From: Streblomastix strix
Lineage: Eukaryota
NCBI GenBank assembly: GCA_008636045.1
Contig: SNRW01000049.1
Coordinates: 1-34,694 of the forward strand
DNA length: 34,694 nucleotides
Direction of reading: 5' to 3'
The notes under the pieces are model-generated. The model saw nothing but the letters and a program-made list of their open reading frames with translations. It did no database searches and was not told the DNA's origin. Below, one piece after another: positions 24,801 through 34,694 of the stretch; positions within the stretch are counted from its first letter, which is position 1, and each line of letters begins with the position of its first letter. The translations under genes were made by a program, and so were the position numbers.

Positions 24801-27800
24801 TTTGATACTATAGGATTGAGTGGAATATTTTGTTGCTATGATGATTATGTTTAAAAATAAGGGTAAATATAAGGAATTGGAATTGGTTATATTAAATTTA
24901 GAGATTATTATTATATTTGTGATATATTTAATGATGAAGGAGGAATTAAATTTGATATTCCAGAATTTTAACTGTTAAATGAAGATTTGTCCTACTATAC
25001 AAAATTCATACTTGCATAGTAATTAAGGTATACTTAATTCATATATGTAACCCAATCTCTCATTCTACGCTCAGCTTTTGCCTGCTCTTAAACCTGTTAA
25101 GCATTTGCATCCTCACAAACATCATCTTCTTCATCATCACTTTATCCATTAGTTTAATTCCTGTTATTACTTATAGTTCCATCCAGTCCTTCTTCTCCTT
25201 CAACTTCATCTGCTGCATCACGAAGCAGTTCATTATCAACATCTTCATTGTTTATACTAATTTAGAGTGATAATGGGTCTTCTACTGGTTTTGAATTCAA
25301 TTATAGTTCAGATGGAATTTCACTTTAAATGCTTTCAACTGATATTTTAATTTCCTTATTTTCGATCTTAAAATCTTATTTTTATTCACTATACGTTCTT
25401 TTCATTTCTGTCATATCAATATTTGAATTTGTATCTATTTCCTATTTTTCTTTTTCTTCCAATTTTTAAAATTGCAAACAAATATCTTTGTCAGATTTAT
25501 TATGATCTGTTTGACAATCAATAATTATATTCTTCATAGAATTAGACTTTTTTTTCATATCAAATTGCTATTCTTATTCAAATTTATCTTATTTGTTAAC
25601 TTTGATTTTTGTTTTATCTTTAATTCTTATTTCGTTATTTTCATCATTCATGTTTTTATTTTCAATTTCAATTTCATCTTTATCCAGAAAAAACTTATTC
25701 TATTCAACTTATAATTAATTTAATTTTGAGGGAGTATTACTATTGCAAATAATATGAGATTAATTGTGGACATTAGAAACATCTTATTAATTTTCTTAAA
25801 TAAATGGTGAATGTATTTCCAATGGCATAATATCACTTTATAATTCAGATTATAAATCCTATGATGGATGCGAAGATGTAGAAGATGAATTTAAAATTGA
25901 AATATTCTTAGGTGTTGGAGATGTAATTTATTTGACATTTGACAGAAATGATATCGGAGATTGTTAATGATCAGGAAATCCTCCTTTAAATTACTATTAA
26001 TGAATGATCTTAGAATGAAGTGAAGATGAATTTTATTTCTTTGAAAGTGAATTTGATCTTTAAGCTTAATTTTTATCTTCATCTTATTCTAATCTTAAAT
26101 TATCTTATCTTTATTAATAATCCTATGTTGATGGTATCATAAACGTGAATGGAAAGGGGTATTGATGTTGAAGTGAATAGTTCCTTTATTGAATTGACTG
26201 CAAAGGTGATCGATTCCTATTTGCAGATTTAATTGGTTGTGAATTTGAAGAAAATTAGGAGAAAGATTAGGAAGATGTTTGCATTGGTGGTTGTGATGAG
26301 GAAATCTACAATGAAGAAGAAGATTATAATACAGGAGAATGAGATTATTTTTATATTTATGACGATTATTAATTGATTAATTACTTTATAGAATTTTTGC
26401 TTCTTTTAATATTTGATGGTTAAGAAGGATGAGGTTAAGTTATAAATTGTTTTCTTTAAGTTTGTTTTGGCTTTATTTAATAACTAACTTTTGGTTATTA
26501 CGTTCTTTATTATGCAATGTTTGTTTAAATATTATTATTCATTGGGTTATTCACCTATTTATCAATTTTCTTTCTTTTTAAAGCACTTTAAATTTAATGA
26601 TCTTTTAATTCATCATTATTTTTGGTTGTTTTTAATTATTTCATAATCTCTTTTTTCTCAATTTCGTCAACATAGGATAAATTAGTTTGGTTGTGTTTTA
26701 CATCTAAATATTCATCTACATCTTCTCCTGATTAGCGATTTTCATTCTCATCGTTGTATTCTTCTACATCGTTGATGTTATTACAACTTATATTTTTCTC
26801 ATTTAAAATTTCTTCACAAGATTCTTTCTTTAATTTTATCCCTTCATTTTAATTATATATGTTAACATCAGACATTACATCCTTTTATATGATCTCATTT
26901 TAATAATTTTCATTTTAAGTTTCTTTTTCCATTGAAATTTAATTAATTTTTTCTGGTTTTTATTATATTTCCTACTCTTTCTCTTTTTCTTTCTCTTTCT
27001 CTAATTTTGTTTCAATTTCATCCAAAATAAATTATTATTATTCTCCATCTAGTTTTGATTAAGAAAATATCATTGGATTTTCAAATGGTAAATAATATTG
27101 ATATGCATTTGGATAAGGAAATGGAAAGAAGAAAGGTAATGAAGGAGGTATTATCTAATTTGGAAATTAAGAAAAATTGTTCAAGTTGCCAAATTTTACA
27201 AGTTTAGAAGAAGAAATGTCAAACTGAGATGATTAGGATGAAGAATTTTATTATTCATTGCCTTCGTTTTAATCTAATTCTTCGAATGATAGATCTTATT
27301 ATTAAGTATTAATTTTGATTGATTGTTGATTATTTATGTTTTAATTTGTTTCATTAATCTATTCATTTCTTTCTTAAATTTCTTATTAATGAGTTTATAA
27401 TTATTTCAAGAAATGTATTTATTATTAAAGTTAAACATTCTGATGAAGTTGTATCATTTATTAATTCATCATTTTTCTCGCTTAACTTTCCTGATTCTGT
27501 GTTGAAGCAAATGAAGGTGGAAATGGAAGAGATGAAAGTTAAAGAGGAGGGAAAATAACAATTCCTGGATTGTGATCTTATTATGACTCTGAATCTGACT
27601 AATCTTTTTATTTAGCATCTTTGTTTTATTATTAATTATATTGACTTGTTTCACTTTCAACAACTGCTTTCTACTCTTCGTGAATACTATCGGTCTATTA
27701 CTCAAATTCAATTTAATTTTAATTGATCTAATTTAATTATTAACTTTCTTTTGTTTCTTAACTTTTCTCAATTGAATTATAATTAGAATCTAATTATTAT

Positions 27801-30155
27801 TCTATATTATCATTTAAAATTTTCTAATCTTTTCTTTCATCAAATTTGATTTAAGAAACTAAGTAATTATCATTTTAAATAATTTTATCATTCACTTGAA
27901 TTATTTGTTCATTTGTATTTTGATTAAGATTAGATAATAAATCAAAATTATTCTACTAACCATCATCCTAAAAAATTAATTGTTACTAACTTATTTATAA
28001 CTAATTTTATTAAATGTTTTAATTAAATGAATAATTTTGTTATATTTGTTATTATTATGGCAATATTTACTAATGAAATGGTGTTACTGTATCACTTTTG
28101 ACTAAAATATTAATATTTTAATTTCTTTTAGGTTAAAATACTGGTGCTGATAATCTAAGCTGTTTCTTAACTTTTTCTGGAGAATTTTAATCAATTTATT
28201 ACTAATCTACATAACTGCTGTTAATATTTAATTATGAGGTCAATTATTTTTATTATATGTTTTAAGGTAATGTGATAGGTTCAATGTACTAATGATTATT
28301 TTATAAAGGAATCTGAGTTTAATTCAAATTATTTAAATAATTTGAATAAAGTGGAGGCTGTATAAGTTAATTCTATTGAAATGATTAAGTCTAATTGTAT
28401 TAATTTGTTAAATCTTATTGTTATTAAGGTGAAAAAGGTAATAAATATTGCTATTAATTATTTGTTTAATTTAAATTTATTGAAAATGTTTGAATTGGTT
28501 ATATTTACCTATTATAATATTCTGAAGAATGAGAAGGAAGTTAGTGAATTTATGGATGAATTTAATTAATATCATTTGATTAAAAAGAATAAGATGGAGA
28601 AACTTGATTAAATTAATATGAAGAAGAAGTCTATTATGAAGATGATATTGAAGAAGCTATCTATTATTATTCGTTGATATTTTGAATTATATATTATTAT
28701 TATTATTATTTCAATTGATTTAAATTTTAACTTGAATTTAGATTATTCATATGTGATGTGAATTATAATGAATCTCTTTCTTATACATTATTCATTATTT
28801 AAAGAGATGATGACTATTAATTAATTAAATTGGTTGATTAATGAATTGTTTTATTAAATTCTATTTATTCCTTATTCTTATTTACATCTGCTTTCAATAA
28901 TTTCTTTTCTTTTTTCTTTTCTCGCATCTTTTCTTTTCTCTTTTCCTTCTTTTTCTTTTTCTATTATTCTTTATCTTATTCACTCTTTTCTACTTTAGTT
29001 GGTTTAACCTTCACTTCATGAACTGTCCAAAAATAGTTTCTCTTTTTCATTTTCTATGATTTGTTCTCATATCGAGGTTTATATTTAACACATACCCCGC
29101 AAACGTTCACCTTCCTTTCTTACTCTTCTAACTATAATGCTCGAGTTGCAGCCTGAATAATAAAATTTATAAGAAAATGAATGTTAATAAAGTAACATTA
29201 AAGAAGAAAATTAAGTTTAATAACCCTTTCTCCTTTTCCACTATTCACAAAAAATATTATTCCACATCCTTTGAAATTTCCTAATCTATCTACTTAAAGA
29301 TCAGCACGAATGACAGGACCAAATTTCTAAGCAAAAGCTTCAATCACAGCCTCTTCTGAAAATGATTATAAACTACTGTTAGGAATTGGCGTTTCAAAGT
29401 AAACGAATATTGAATTATTAAGAAATTCAGAATCAGCCCACATTACATTCAATATGACTCCAGAGTAATTCAAGTTAATAAGGCGATCTTTGGCATGTTA
29501 AGCACTAAATCTAAGTTCATATTGAACATACAATGTGAAGAATCCCTTAGTTTCCTCTTTTTCCAATGTTTTAACCCTTGCATAATCTCCAAAATAACGA
29601 AGATTGACAAGATTATAAAGCTCCGAATGATTTGCTGAGAGTGGAATTGGGAAAATGGCAATGCTTGTGTTTATATGAGTTTTGCTAATTCTTAGAATGC
29701 ATCCATCCTAGAGTTTCTGATATAATAATTGAAGCAATAAGAAAATAGATAACAAATAAAAATTGTAAACAAGAGTTCGTTAAGAAAGCACATGTCGAGT
29801 GGACCTTGTATCGCTGAAATATATAAAGGCATATTTCTTTAGTTATTCATGTTTCTTTTAAATGGATTGTTCTTTCGCAGAAAAATCAATATTATTCTCA
29901 AATTAACAATGTAATATTTATCCGAATGTACTGAAAACTCATCATAATTCAATTGCATCAAACAGTTATAAATCTCCACGAATCATAACACCTGTCCTGC
30001 TTTTTATCTCATTTAATTAGTTAATTTCAGTAGATTTGTGAGATTAATTTATTTGGGATGAAGATCCTACGAAATAAAAATAGTAATTGTCAGAAAATGG
30101 TCAAAATAAAAAACATACCTACAAAAACATTTTGATGCGATTCAAGTGGTTCCAT
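21809..30155 (-). CDS. Large (~2,720 aa) RNA-binding protein with three N-terminal RRM-like domains and a ~2,400-aa Q/S/N/P-rich low-complexity tail; contains tandem in-frame TGA-TGA in RRM1
   Basis: Exons 30155-30119, 30066-29771, 29716-29225, 29152-21809 (8,169 nt, divisible by 3). RRM1: TGVMIRGDLQLFDAIEL**VFSTFGQILHCQF...KYAFIYFSD. RRM2: SIAIFPIP...YFGDYARV...LYVQYELRFSAQHAKDRL...LNVMWAD. RRM3: SIFVYF...AFAQKFGPVIRADLQVDRLGNFKGCGIIFF. The last exon has no in-frame TGA for 7.3 kb. The first downstream TGA is 21811-21809; an alternative stop is 21760-21758. Confidence 0.82.
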
Positions 30156-30578
30156 AAATTATGATTTTTTATAAATTAAATCTATAATAGCAAATATAAA
30201 TAGTAAAAAAAATAAAAAATTTATGTAAATTTATTATGAATTGCTAATAAAACCGGAAAATGATAAAATAGTTTTTATCCTATAGTTTAATTATATGTTT
30301 GTTAATTATTAAACTTGTTTAATAAATATTTTAACGCAAAATATATACTTATTAAAATAAATGTGCTTTTATTTGACTTTAAAAACATATTTTTATTTTA
30401 TTTGCTATTTATAGCTAATAGGTCGACATATGAGATTAAATATTTTAAAAAATATGTATATTGAAAAAAATATTACTATTTATTCAATTATATTACATAT
30501 AATCTAACTTATAAAATTTATAAATAATGAGCCTTAAAATAATATAAGATCCTATATTATAATTACATTTTCATCGAT

Positions 30579-34694
<4,116 letters not shown>

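Overview
AT-rich, intron-containing eukaryotic (protist) genomic DNA. The supplied standard-code ORF track is almost entirely artefactual because TAA and TAG are read as Gln. Read this way, with 33-193 nt AT-rich spliceosomal introns, the window holds six genes. Three are on the + strand: a 5'-partial C2-domain protein, a ~4,000-aa axonemal-dynein-light-chain-domain/EF-hand-like protein, and Mediator subunit MED10. Three are on the - strand: splicing factor ESS2/DGCR14, a ~2,700-aa triple-RRM protein, and a 5'-partial EF-hand protein. Main discovery: every gene ends in TGA, yet five in-frame TGA codons lie inside otherwise intact genes, one within the dynein-light-chain domain and a TGA-TGA pair within an RRM. 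This suggests a genetic code with no dedicated stop codon (TAR=Gln; TGA=sense internally, probably Trp, and stop at gene ends). Second, a ~480-bp diverged inverted repeat brackets the convergent MED10/ESS2 pair, so both genes have nearly the same upstream region. All translations and domain calls were made by hand; the organism (oxymonad/Streblomastix-like or another TAR=Gln protist) is only an inference.
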